Assembly: GCA_965219415.1 (NCBI GenBank)
Contig: CBDCNP010000002.1
Coordinates: 800,001 to 864,000 of the forward strand
DNA from: Candidatus Marinacidobacterales bacterium
GTDB taxonomy: Bacteria > Acidobacteriota > Vicinamibacteria > Marinacidobacterales > DATDRI01
Direction: 5' to 3'
DNA length: 64,000 nt
A program made the translations under genes and the position numbers. Under the pieces are notes generated by a model. The model was not told the origin of the DNA, ran no database searches, and worked only from the letters and a program-made list of their open reading frames with translations. This document shows, in pieces, positions 8,581 through 18,274 of the stretch (positions are counted from its first letter, which is position 1; every line of letters begins with the position of its first letter).

Positions 8581-11006
8581 ATGGACACACTCATTAAGGA
8601 TTTCAAGTTCGCGGTTCGGATGCTCCTTCGGGAGCCCCGGTTTCACGGCAGTGGCAATCCTTACGCTCGCCCTAGGTATAGGTGCCAATACCGCTCTGTT
8701 CAGCGTGGTCAATTCAGTCCTCTTGAACACCCTGCCCTATGAGGAACCCGACGATCTGGTATGGCTCCACGAAGGCCAGCCAAGCCTCGAAGATATGTCC
8801 ATCTCCTATCCGAATTTCGTGGACTGGCGTGATCAGAATCAATCTTTCGAGGCCATCGCAGCGCATCGTTTCAGCAACTTCAACCTCACCGGCACGGATC
8901 GACCAGAGCGGCTCCTCGCCGCCGAGGTATCGCACACCCTCTTTCCTGTGCTGCGTGTCACGCCCCTGATCGGAAGAAACTTCACCCAAGACGAGGACGA
9001 GCCCGGTTCAGAGCCTGTCGCGATTTTGAGCTATCGACTCTGGCAACGTCGCTTCGGGGCCGATCCCGACATCGCCGGAGGCATCATTTCACTCGACGGT
9101 GTGTCCTACACGGTGGTTGGAGTCATGCCGCACGACTTCCTCTACCCTCCCGACACCAACGATCTCGAGCTCTACCTCCCCATCGGTCACTTTGCCGAGT
9201 ACTGGCTGGAAAGCCGGGGACGTCACCCCGGAATCCAGGCGACCGCACGCCTGAAACCAGGAGTCTCGTTCGAACAAGCGCAGGCCGATATGGAAACGAT
9301 CGCCAGGCGGCTCGAGCAAGAGTACCCCAAGACCAATACCGGCCACCGGGTTGCGCTGCAGTTGCTTCGAGTGGAATTGGTGGAAGACGTGAGACCGGCG
9401 ATTCTCATCGTACTGGCTGCGGTGGGTTTCGTCCTCCTCATCGCGTGCGCCAATGTGGCGAACTTACTCTTGGCGCGGGCCGCCGTTCGAGAGCAAGAGA
9501 TCGCGGTGCGCACGGCTCTCGGCGCCGGCCGTCGTCGTATCGTTCGCCAATTACTAACCGAGAGCGTGCTGCTTTCGTTGCTCGGTGGAGCAGCCGGGGT
9601 GCTGTTGGCCGTTCTCGGCGTCGAGGCCTTGATTCTGGGCATCCCCGAGGATGCCTCACCGATTTTCAGACAGATTCGCATGGATCAAACTGTCCTCGGA
9701 TTCACACTGGCATTGTCGTTCTTCACCGGCCTCGTTTTCGGCACCGTGCCGGCGCTTCTTGTCTCGCGATCCGATCTCAGCGAATCCCTCAAGGAAGGTG
9801 GACGAAGCACCGCCGGCGAAGGCGGGCATCGCCTCCGCAGCCTCCTGGTCGTCTCCGAAATCGCGCTGGCTTTGGTCTTGCTGATCGGAGCCGCCTTGAT
9901 GATGCGGAGCTTCTTCAACGTGACAGAGCAAAATCCCGGCTTCAACACCGGAAATCTCCTGACCATGACAGTATCGTTGCCGCCGGCGAAGTATGAAGAG
10001 GATCACCGACAAGCTGCCTTTTTCGAGGAACTGAACGAGCGCGTCGCAACCTTGCCCGGAGTAGATTCGGTCGCGATGAGCCTACCGCTGCTGGGAGGTT
10101 GGCAAAACGTCTTCGTCATAGAGGGGCGACCGGCACCGCCGGCGGGAGAAGAGTGGCTCACCGAGGTGATGCGGGTTAGCCCGGATTATTTCGAAACCAT
10201 GCAGGTACTCTTGCTCAGGGGTCGCACATTCACCAAGCAGGACCGGGAAGACTCTACGCCGGTTGCCATCGTGGACGAGACTCTCGCCGACAGCTATTGG
10301 CCCGGTGAAGACCCGATCGGCAAACGAGTGAAGTTCGGAAACGATCTCGGCTCCGAGGATCCCTGGATGGAAGTGGTGGGCGTAGTCGGCCATGTCAAAA
10401 ACTACGGGGTGGACGCGGAATCGAGGATCGAGCTCTACGTTCCTCACCGTCAAGCCTTGGAGTGGATGACGGCCATGAGCCTTCTGGTACGGACCTCCGG
10501 CCCCCCGGCACAGCTTGCCAAGTCCGTGACGCAAACGGTTCTTTCCATGGATCCGGATCAGCCGGTTTTCGATGTCATGACCATGGAGCAAAACTTGGGC
10601 AGGAGGCTCACCGCGCGACGGCTGTCCTTGGTGTCGCTCGGAGTTTTCGCGGGAGTCGCCATCCTCCTGGCAGCGGTCGGAATTTATGGCTTGATGGCTT
10701 ACTCCGTCACGCAGAGGACCCACGAGATCGGTATCCGCTTAGCGCTCGGTGCACAAGCTAGGGACGTTCTCAGAATGATGATGGGACAAGGACTGATCCT
10801 CGCCGGCCTAGGCGTCGGGCTCGGGCTTCTGGCTGCGTTCGCGCTTACTCCGCTGATGACGACGGCGGGGCTCTTGTTCGGCCCGGGATCCACTTACCTT
10901 TGGCTCGCTCGCCTTCCTTTTGACGTCGGTCGCGGTCGCGGCTAGTTTTGTTCCGGTGCGTCGGGCCACGAAAGTGGCGCCCATGATTTCCTTGAGATAC
11001 CAGTAA
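8581..11006 (+). pseudogene. ADOP-type duplicated ABC permease (MacB/FtsX-like) with two frameshifts
   Basis: [19 protein letters not shown] at 8581 shifts near 8637 into [19 protein letters not shown]; '[15 protein letters not shown]', '[13 protein letters not shown]'; a second shift near 10882 leads to RDPLTF...[15 protein letters not shown] (TAA 11004-11006). Confidence 0.85.
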
Positions 11007-11040
11007 ACCGGCCGCCTCCGGCCGCCGTGATAACGAAGGG

Positions 11041-11076
11041 ACTTCGGCGAGCCTCGCCGTAGCTATGCGAAGGCGG
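11041..11076. repeat. Short palindromic REP-like intergenic element
   Basis: ACTTCGGCGAGCCTCGCCGTAGCTATGCGAAGGCGG with CGGCGAG/CTCGCCG arms. Confidence 0.35.
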
Positions 11077-11117
11077 GAGGGAGCTTTCTCCGGTAGCGTC
11101 CGCCGCCGCTTTAGGCT

Positions 11118-12245
11118 ATGAATAAAGCGGCCGCCGGCCGCGCAATGATCTGTTCACACACCGACGTTGTCGGGAGTCTCCTTCGCCCTCCGGAGCTTCT
11201 TCGCGCCCGCGAGGATCTCGCCGCGGGTCGCATCAGCTCATCGAGCTTCAAAGATATAGAAAACCTCGCGGTAGATGCGGCCATCGAGCTACAAGAAGAG
11301 GCCGGACTGGAAGTCGTCACCGACGGGGAGATGCGAAGACTCTCCTTTCAAAGCCAAATGACTGAGGCGGTCGAGGGCTTCGCCGAGCACGATATCGACG
11401 CCTTCCTCTGGGGTAAGTGGCACAGCCAGGAGCTCGGTGATTGGTCCGTCGAGCGCCCGCTCATCGGTGTCGAGTCGAAGCTCGAACGCCGCCGCCACTT
11501 CTCCGCGGAGGAGTTCACGTACCTCCGGGACCGCACCAACAGCAACCCTAAGGTGACGCTTCCCAGCCCGACACTCTTTACCAACTTTTGGTCCGAGCAA
11601 TCTGCGAAGGTTTACTCGACCGTCGACGCGTTCCTAGCTGATGTCGTCAAGATTTTGCAGGAAGAGGTCGCCGAGCTCGTTCGGAGGGGAGCTACCTACA
11701 TTCAGCTCGACGCGCCGCACTATACGCAGCTCCTCGACCCAAGAACGAGGCCTTTCTATGAGGAGCGGGGCGGGGGGATAGAGAACTGGATCGATCGAGG
11801 CGTCGAGCTCGAGAACGCCGTGATAGGCGATTTTGCCGATGTCACGTTCGGTTTTCACCTTTGACGAGGCAACCAGAACAGCAGGTGGCTGTCCGAAGGC
11901 GACTACGAGCCCATTGCAAAGCGACTCTTCGGTTCCATCCAAGCGCAGCGGCTTCTTCTCGAGTATGACGATGAGCGCTCCGGCTCCTTTGAGGCCTTGA
12001 GGCACGTTCCGGACGACAAGATGGTGGTGCTCGGTCTCATCAATACCAAACTCCCGGCAATGAAAGAACAGTATGATCTCGAAGCTCGCATTCGCGCGGC
12101 CGGCGAATTCATCTCCGCCGAGCGTCTCGCTATCTCGCCTCAATGCGGATTCTCGACGTCCATCGTGGGAAATCGCATCTCGGCGGAAGACCAGAAATCC
12201 AAACTCAAGCTCCTCGTCGATACCGCGACGAGTTTTTGGGGATAA
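11118..12245 (+). CDS. Cobalamin-independent methionine synthase II-like (MetE catalytic core) protein with in-frame TGA at the Zn-ligand Cys; candidate selenoprotein, alternatively a pseudogene
   Basis: 'DVVGSLLRP', 'VVTDGEMRR', 'YIQLDAP', then FHL-TGA(11862-11864)-RGNQNSRW continuing in the same frame through 'LLLEYDDERSG' and 'ISPQCGF' to TAA 12243-12245; start is ATG 11118 or 11145. Confidence 0.8.
11878..11892 (+). promoter_or_regulatory. Putative bacterial SECIS hairpin
   Basis: ACAGC-AGGTG-GCTGT: perfect 5-bp stem with a G-containing loop, separated from the in-frame TGA by 13 nt. Confidence 0.5.
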
Positions 12246-12250
12246 GCGTG

Positions 12251-13675
12251 ATGTCGAAATACTTGCTCCTGCTGCTCGCCTTGGGCTTGATTTCCGAAGC
12301 CTCTCAGGAAACACCCAGGTTCGATCTCGTGCTCGCGGGAGGCCGGGTGATGGATCCCGAGTCAGGGCTCGATGCGATTCGTTACGTGGGTCTTCATGAT
12401 GGAAAGATCTCTGCGATTTCCGCTCGACCGCTTCAAGGCGACGAAGTCGTAGACGTTGGTGGACTGGTCGTAGCGCCCGGCTTCATCGATCTGCATGCCC
12501 ATGGCCAAAATATCGAGAGCAACCGATTCCAAGCAATGGATGGCGTCACGACGGCATTGGAGATGGAAGGTGGGGCCTTTTCGGTGTCGGAATGGTACCA
12601 AGCGCGCGAAGGCCAGTCCTTGCTCCATTGCGGCGTGACCGTCAGTCACAGCGAGGCGCGAGCGAGCGTTTTGCCTGGCCGGTCCGAAAGCGGCAAGGAC
12701 GTCTCGTATCGAACCGCGACTTCGGACGAGATCGACGAGATCGGAAACCTGATCCAACGGGGCCTGGACGAGGGAGCTCTCGGTGTGGGCTACGGAATCC
12801 AGTACACCCCGGCAGCAAGTCGCGGAGAGATCATTCGAATGTTCCGGATAGCTCAAAACCTTGGCGTGACGAACTTCGTTCACATCCGTTACGCGGGCGC
12901 AGTCGAGCCGGGAAGCAGTGTCGAAGCCGTCCAAGAGATGATCGCGAACGCCGCCTCACTGGGCGCTTCGGTCCATATCGTCCACATCGGGAGCAGTGGT
13001 CTTCGCCAAGTGCCGATCGCGCTCGACATGATCGAGGGAGCTCGAAGTCGCGGCGTCGATGTCACGACTGAGGTTTACCCTTATACCGCGGTTTCGACGG
13101 CCATCGAATCGGCCATTTTCAATGATGGCTGGCGGGAGAGGGTCGAAGCCGATTACGGAGACATCGAGTGGGTTGCGACCGGCGAGCGGCTGAACGAAGA
13201 GAGCTTCGAGCTCTACCGAAGGCGGGGTGGCATGATCATCGGCCATATCATTCCTGAGGAGATGGTCGATTTAGCGGTGGGTCATCCTTTGGTGATGATC
13301 GCAAGCGATGGTGTGCCCTTCGTTAACGGCCGAGCTCACCCGCGGGGTGCCGGCACCTTTGCGCGGGTACTAGGGCGGTACGTCAGGACCAGAAGAACAT
13401 CGACGCTCATGGAGGCTCTGCGGAAGATGAGCCTCATGCCGGCGCGGCGCCTGGAAAGTTCTGTCCCCGAGCTCGAGAACAAGGGCCGGCTTCGGGTGGG
13501 AGCCGACGCCGACCTTGCGATCTTCGACGCCGAACGCGTCCTCGATCGAGCGACGTTCGAAGAACCCGCTCAATACTCCGAGGGGTTCGTGAACGTGTTG
13601 GTGGGGGGAGTGTTCGTTGTCCGCGATTCCGAACTAGTGGACGGCGTCACGCCGGGCCAGCCGATCAAAAGGTAG
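12251..13675 (+). CDS. Secreted amidohydrolase (N-acyl-D-amino-acid deacylase-like)
   Basis: Signal peptide, 'APGFIDLHAH', 'TTEVYPYTA', 'IASDG..HPRGAGTF', 'GADADLAIFD'. Confidence 0.88.
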   Translation: MSKYLLLLLALGLISEASQETPRFDLVLAGGRVMDPESGLDAIRYVGLHDGKISAISARPLQGDEVVDVGGLVVAPGFIDLHAHGQNIESNRFQAMDGVTTALEMEGGAFSVSEWYQAREGQSLLHCGVTVSHSEARASVLPGRSESGKDVSYRTATSDEIDEIGNLIQRGLDEGALGVGYGIQYTPAASRGEIIRMFRIAQNLGVTNFVHIRYAGAVEPGSSVEAVQEMIANAASLGASVHIVHIGSSGLRQVPIALDMIEGARSRGVDVTTEVYPYTAVSTAIESAIFNDGWRERVEADYGDIEWVATGERLNEESFELYRRRGGMIIGHIIPEEMVDLAVGHPLVMIASDGVPFVNGRAHPRGAGTFARVLGRYVRTRRTSTLMEALRKMSLMPARRLESSVPELENKGRLRVGADADLAIFDAERVLDRATFEEPAQYSEGFVNVLVGGVFVVRDSELVDGVTPGQPIKR

Positions 13676-13700
13676 GAGGGAGGAGGCAGCCTCCTCCCTC
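13676..13700. terminator. Hairpin between convergent genes
   Basis: GAGGGAGGAGG-CAG-CCTCCTCCCTC, perfect 11-bp stem immediately after the stop codon. Confidence 0.6.
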
Positions 13701-13711
13701 TCATCTGGCCA

Positions 13712-14509
13712 CTAGTCGGTCGTGGACCCAGAGGCCTTCAGGCGGCTGAGGTCCGGACGAACTCTGAGCACGAAAGTCTCGGCCCGCTTGACCGCACGCC
13801 TCACCGTATCGAGAAGCTCTCTCGCCTCTGCCTCGCTATGCGCCTTGCCCATCATCTCCATGAAGTTGGGGACCTCATCGCGCTCCGACCACTGGTTGAA
13901 AGGCGTTGCGGTCGAATAGATGTTTCTCGGTCCCATAACTGACAGGCGGCGGATCGATCGACGCCCATTCGATGTCCCTTCCTGAGCCTCCTTGACCTTC
14001 GCGATAAAGAGTTGGTAGTCGGAAACCATCTCGCGCTCTACTTCCACACGCCGGACAAAGATGAACTTGCTCGGTTCAACGGCGCCTTGGAGACCGGTCG
14101 TCAGGTCCTCGAGCAGCACGTGCGCGGCGGTCTCCACGCTCTCGGTCGCGACGTTTCCAGACCGGATGATGTTCGCAGCTTCCTTGTCGCCGAAGGCCTT
14201 CGAGAGAATCTCCGGGTAGAGGGTCCAACCATCCCGATCTCCCCACTTCTCGAACGGAAGCCAGAAAATGTAGGTCGTGCCCTGATTCCCGAGCTCGACA
14301 TTGCCGGCACCCCAAGTTTGCTGGGCTCCGATCTTGTTGGCGCCCTCCACAATCTTCTTCACGAAGTCTTCGAATTGAGGGGCCGCGCCCGGTCTCGTCT
14401 TGACCGTGATAACTTCAAGGTACTTGGACGGCCGATCCTGAGAGATGGCGAACGGAGTGAGAACAAAGAGAAATGCTAGAGCTAAAGCCAGGAATTTAAG
14501 GCCTTTCAT
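13712..14509 (-). CDS. Secreted hypothetical protein with two tandem NIPSNAP/dimeric alpha-beta-barrel-like repeats
   Basis: Signal peptide; the halves share PF..W..RD and end in EDLT / RPDLS; AAGGAGG RBS upstream. Confidence 0.6.
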   Translation of the reverse strand: MKGLKFLALALAFLFVLTPFAISQDRPSKYLEVITVKTRPGAAPQFEDFVKKIVEGANKIGAQQTWGAGNVELGNQGTTYIFWLPFEKWGDRDGWTLYPEILSKAFGDKEAANIIRSGNVATESVETAAHVLLEDLTTGLQGAVEPSKFIFVRRVEVEREMVSDYQLFIAKVKEAQEGTSNGRRSIRRLSVMGPRNIYSTATPFNQWSERDEVPNFMEMMGKAHSEAEARELLDTVRRAVKRAETFVLRVRPDLSRLKASGSTTD

Positions 14510-14600
14510 GAGGCCTCCTTTCGTTTATTGAAGAACTGGTGGCGGCATCCTAGAGCGACGCAGGCGATATTGTCAAATGGAAATCACATAGAATAGGGAC

Positions 14601-15510
14601 ATGCGGATCTGCTCTTTCCTTCCCTCCGCCACCGAGATCCTCTACGCCCTGGGACTCGGGGATTCGGTCGCGGGCGTCACGTTCGAGTGCGACTACCCTG
14701 CCGAGGTTCGGAAAAAGCCGGTGCTGGTCACCTCGAGCCTGTCTCATGAAACGGACGCGGCTGCGATCGATCGGCAGGTGAGCGCCGCCGCCGCGCGGGG
14801 CGAAAGTCTTTATCGCATCGACGCCGAGGCGCTAAAGCAGATCGAACCGGACATCATCCTTACTCAGGAGCTCTGCCACGTGTGCGCCGTGACGCCGGGC
14901 GAGCTCGGCTCCGCGCTCGCAAACTTGTCGCGTGCCCCGCGCGTGATCTCCCTCCATTCCCACAGGCTCGAAGGAGTGTGGCAGGACATCTTGACGGTGG
15001 CCGAAGCCACAGACCGCAGCGCGGCGGGTGAGGCCTTAGTAAAAGAGATTGAAGGACGGCTAGCCGCAGTCGATCAAGCGGTAGGAGCGGTCACCGAGCG
15101 CCCGCGCGTTCTTTGTCTCGAGTGGCTCGACCCGCCTTTCATCGCCGGACACTGGGTTCCAGAGATGGTCCGTCTGGCCGGCGGGGACAGATGCTCTCGG
15201 CCGACCCGGTGAACGTTCGGGGGCGACCTGGGAGGAGCTTCTCGAAACAAAGCCGGACGTGATCGTCGTGATGCCCTGTGGCTACGCGCTCGCGCAAACA
15301 TTGAAGGAATTCCGATCCACCCGACTCCCTGACCGCTGGAAATCTCTGCCGGCGGTCCGAAACGGTCGGGTCTACGCCGTCGACGCCAACAGCTACTTCT
15401 CGCGTCCGGCCCCTCGGTTGGTCGCCGGAGTCGAGATTTTGGCGCAACTGTTTCACCCCGGGCTCGACGCTAAAGCCCTCCCTCCCAGCGCCTTCGCCCC
15501 TCTCATGTGA
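14601..15510 (+). pseudogene. BtuF-like cobalamin/iron-chelate binding protein, frameshifted
   Basis: 'SFLPSATEILYALG', 'TFECDYP', 'TQELCHVC', 'LEWLDPPFIAGHWVPEMV'; an extra G in the GGGG run near 15184 shifts the frame, which resumes TDALGRPG...VMPCGY...FSRPAPRL. Confidence 0.8.
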
Positions 15511-15529
15511 GAGGGCGAACAAAAGGGTG

Positions 15530-15555
15530 GTACTTGTTCACCGTACTTGTTCACC
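15530..15555. repeat. 13-bp perfect tandem repeat
   Basis: GTACTTGTTCACC x2 (15530-15542, 15543-15555). Confidence 0.8.
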
Positions 15556-15704
15556 AAGTGGGTGGCACTTGGTGTGAAAGGAGGTCACGAGGAGAGAATC
15601 TCGTCTCTCTTTGAAGATACGGAGTTTCAGGCGACCTCGAGCCTCGCTAATATCAACTAGTTGAATAAGGATTCTCATGAGCCTTGAGGTCGACGCTTCC
15701 TCGA

Positions 15705-16937
15705 TTACGGCTCGTAAGGGCTTTTTAGGTACTTCGTCGCGGTCTGGTGAGAATCCTCGTACTGGGGGAATCCTTGAACTACCTCATATTGTGTGACCGC
15801 TTCTTCGCGTTTGCCCAGGAGATCTAGAAGCTCGCCCGCCCTGAGATGGGACAAGGCTCTTTCACGCTCCGGCGTCGCGGCGTCTCGAGTGGCACCGACG
15901 AAAAGCTGGAGCGCCCGTTCCTTGGCGCCTAGCTCGACCAGCCTATTCCCTACGGTGTAGCGAAACGTTCCCAGCGGCACCTTTTGGTAGTTTTTCCGTC
16001 CTTCTTCGGCGAGTCGCACGACATCCAGGTAGGTTTCTATCGCACGTTCCCGTTCGTTCATCCGTTCCAGAAGTTGCGCCTCGTTTAAGTGGAGCAAGAA
16101 GTTCTCCGGATACTTCGTTCGAAGATGCCCGACCACTTCGAGCGCATAGGCGTAAGATTTTTCCCTCACGTAGAGGACGGTGAGCAATACGCGCGCTTCG
16201 TTGTGAACGAACATCCCTTTGTCGGCGGCCATGATCAAATACTCGAAACCACGCTCGGCGCTACCTTGATAGCCGGCGATGGTCGTGATCCATTTGAGAT
16301 ACCACGGAATGTTTCCCAAAACGTATTCGTAAGTGCCGACCGTCATGTAAGAGTCCCAAAACTCTGGATCCTCGTTCACCAGTTCACGCTGAATCTGATA
16401 CGCCTTCTTGCCGTGACGCAGCGCGCTCAAGTAGCTGCGCTCAATCGTAAGGGCGAAACCTCCTCGGGCACCTTCGCAAGCACCCAGATAGTAACGGGAG
16501 TCTTGGTCTCCAGGATGCTCGGCCAAGTACTTCGCCGCGAGTTCTTGGCTTTTTGCGATGCCGTCCAAGAACGCCTGACGATCGGCCTCCGGCATTTTTC
16601 TCTTGGAGGGGCGCGTGAAATATCCGGGAGAGATGAACTCGTCCAAGTCGAGCTCTTGGCGCGCGAAGAGCTCACGGAGCCAGACGGCGACAGCGCCCGC
16701 CAGCAGCGGACCGGGATGATCGGGTCGCTCCTCGGCTATGTCAGAGAAGAACTGAATGGCCTTATCGTGCTCCAACTGAAAGAGATGGTCGACGCCCTGC
16801 TCGGTGGCCGCCTGATACTCCTCGGTCCGGAAGCTCTGCGCAGAAACAGGACTTGAAAGAGCGAATAGCAGGGACGAGACGACCGCTACCCTGCGCATAC
16901 TTCTACCAACCATCAGACCAAACTGCCTGGAACTCAC
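15705..16937 (-). CDS. Secreted tetratricopeptide-repeat protein
   Basis: Signal peptide ending SPVSA-Q; helical TPR-like repeats; true start may be ATG 16913 or 16898. Confidence 0.7.
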   Translation of the reverse strand: MSSRQFGLMVGRSMRRVAVVSSLLFALSSPVSAQSFRTEEYQAATEQGVDHLFQLEHDKAIQFFSDIAEERPDHPGPLLAGAVAVWLRELFARQELDLDEFISPGYFTRPSKRKMPEADRQAFLDGIAKSQELAAKYLAEHPGDQDSRYYLGACEGARGGFALTIERSYLSALRHGKKAYQIQRELVNEDPEFWDSYMTVGTYEYVLGNIPWYLKWITTIAGYQGSAERGFEYLIMAADKGMFVHNEARVLLTVLYVREKSYAYALEVVGHLRTKYPENFLLHLNEAQLLERMNERERAIETYLDVVRLAEEGRKNYQKVPLGTFRYTVGNRLVELGAKERALQLFVGATRDAATPERERALSHLRAGELLDLLGKREEAVTQYEVVQGFPQYEDSHQTATKYLKSPYEP

Positions 16938-17054
16938 TCGAGAATCCCTCTTCCTACTGTCGGCTCAGGCAACTCCAACCGCCCCAAATTTGAATAGTGC
17001 CCGGCTTCCAAATCGAAGCCGCCCGCAACTGACCTCTTTGGCGAAGGACCTATT

Positions 17055-17603
17055 CTAGCCCAGGAGCGAACCTGAGCGTCCGTCCTTGAGGATAAGGGGT
17101 AGACCGGACACCATGAGGACAACGTGCACCGCCTCCTGTGCAAGTTGCTGGTTGGCGGCGCCCTGTAAATCGCGGAAGTGACGTCCGGCAGGATGTTCCG
17201 GCACGATCCCGCTTCCCACCTCGTTACTGACCGCCACAACCTTGCGCTCCTTAGCAACCTCTGCCAACGACGACACCTCTTCGATCACGAGACTTTGGAG
17301 CTCGCTTGCCGAGACCGACCGGTGCTCCCACGCGAGATTCGCAACCCACGTGGTAACGCAGTCCAGAAGTATGGTGGCCGATGGCTCCGACTCACGCACG
17401 ACGCGGACGACCGCCAGCGGCTCTTCAATCGTTTTTCACTCATCGGGCCGTTCGGCACGGTGTCGATCAATGCGAGCGCGCATCTCGGGGTCGTTTTGCT
17501 CGCGGGCGGTGGCGAGGAAGGCGACGTCCAGGGCATCGGCGCATAGGGACTGAGCGTAGCGACTCTTGCCGCTCCTCGCTCCCCCTAGAACAAGAGTCAA
17601 CAT
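17055..17603 (-). pseudogene. cobU: Adenosylcobinamide kinase/guanylyltransferase with internal TGA
   Basis: MLTLVLGGARSGKS...HRAERPDE-TGA(17436-17438)-KTIEEPL...LLDC...VSNEVGSGIVP; the TGA sits at the conserved Trp position. Confidence 0.88.
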
Positions 17604-18255
17604 TCTGCCAGCTGCACGAACTTTGCGAGATCGAGGTTGACGAACCGAACGAGCGGCGTGTCGTGGTAGTAGTCGATCAGACTTACAGCCGCGTAGGATT
17701 GGCCCAAACGAAAAATGCTTTGTTTGGGCATCTGAAGCGCATCGCGGAGCAAGATCCGGTTCACCCCGCCGTGAGCCACGATAGCCACGACTTGCTCTCG
17801 ATGGCGCAACCGCAATTCTGCAGCAGCAGAGAGGACACGCCCTTCCATCATGTCGAAACTCTCGCCTCCGGGGAAGGTTACTTCGGTCGGCTGCTCCATC
17901 CACGCCCGATAGAGCTCTGGATAGGTCGCGGCCGCTTCCTCATAAGGCATCCCCTCGAGCTGGCCGAAATCAATTTCTGCAAGCCGCTCGTCCACTAGCG
18001 GTGAAAGCTGATGTGACCGGGCAACGATCTCCGCGCTCTCGCGCGCCCGGCGACGAGGGCTCGTGTACACAAAGCCAAGCGGTGTCTGCCCCAGGCAACG
18101 GCAACCACACCGATCTGCTCCCTACCTGACTCGGAGAGCCCCACGTCGAGCCTTCCGTAACAGCGCCCGCGCGCCGAGGCTTCGGGTTCGCCATGCCGTA
18201 CCAACACGAAACGCGCACTAACACCGGCGGGTGTTTCCCAGAGGTTATGGGTCAT
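17597..18255 (-). pseudogene. cobC: Alpha-ribazole phosphatase-like histidine phosphatase, frameshifted
   Basis: 'LVRHGE' in the 5' frame; 'YTSPRRRA', 'LAEIDFG', 'VAHGGVNR' in another frame; shift near 18095; lies in the cob operon. Confidence 0.8.
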
Positions 18256-18274
18256 CGACGGATGATCCACACGT

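Noticed and set aside
16975-17010. Possible IS-end remnant (AACCGCCCCAAATTTGAATAGTGCCCGG)
   Set aside because: Only a vague resemblance to IS termini; no partner repeat or transposase nearby.
17436-17438. Selenocysteine in cobU
   Set aside because: The position corresponds to a conserved Trp (TGG>TGA), not Cys, and the neighbouring cobC is also broken.
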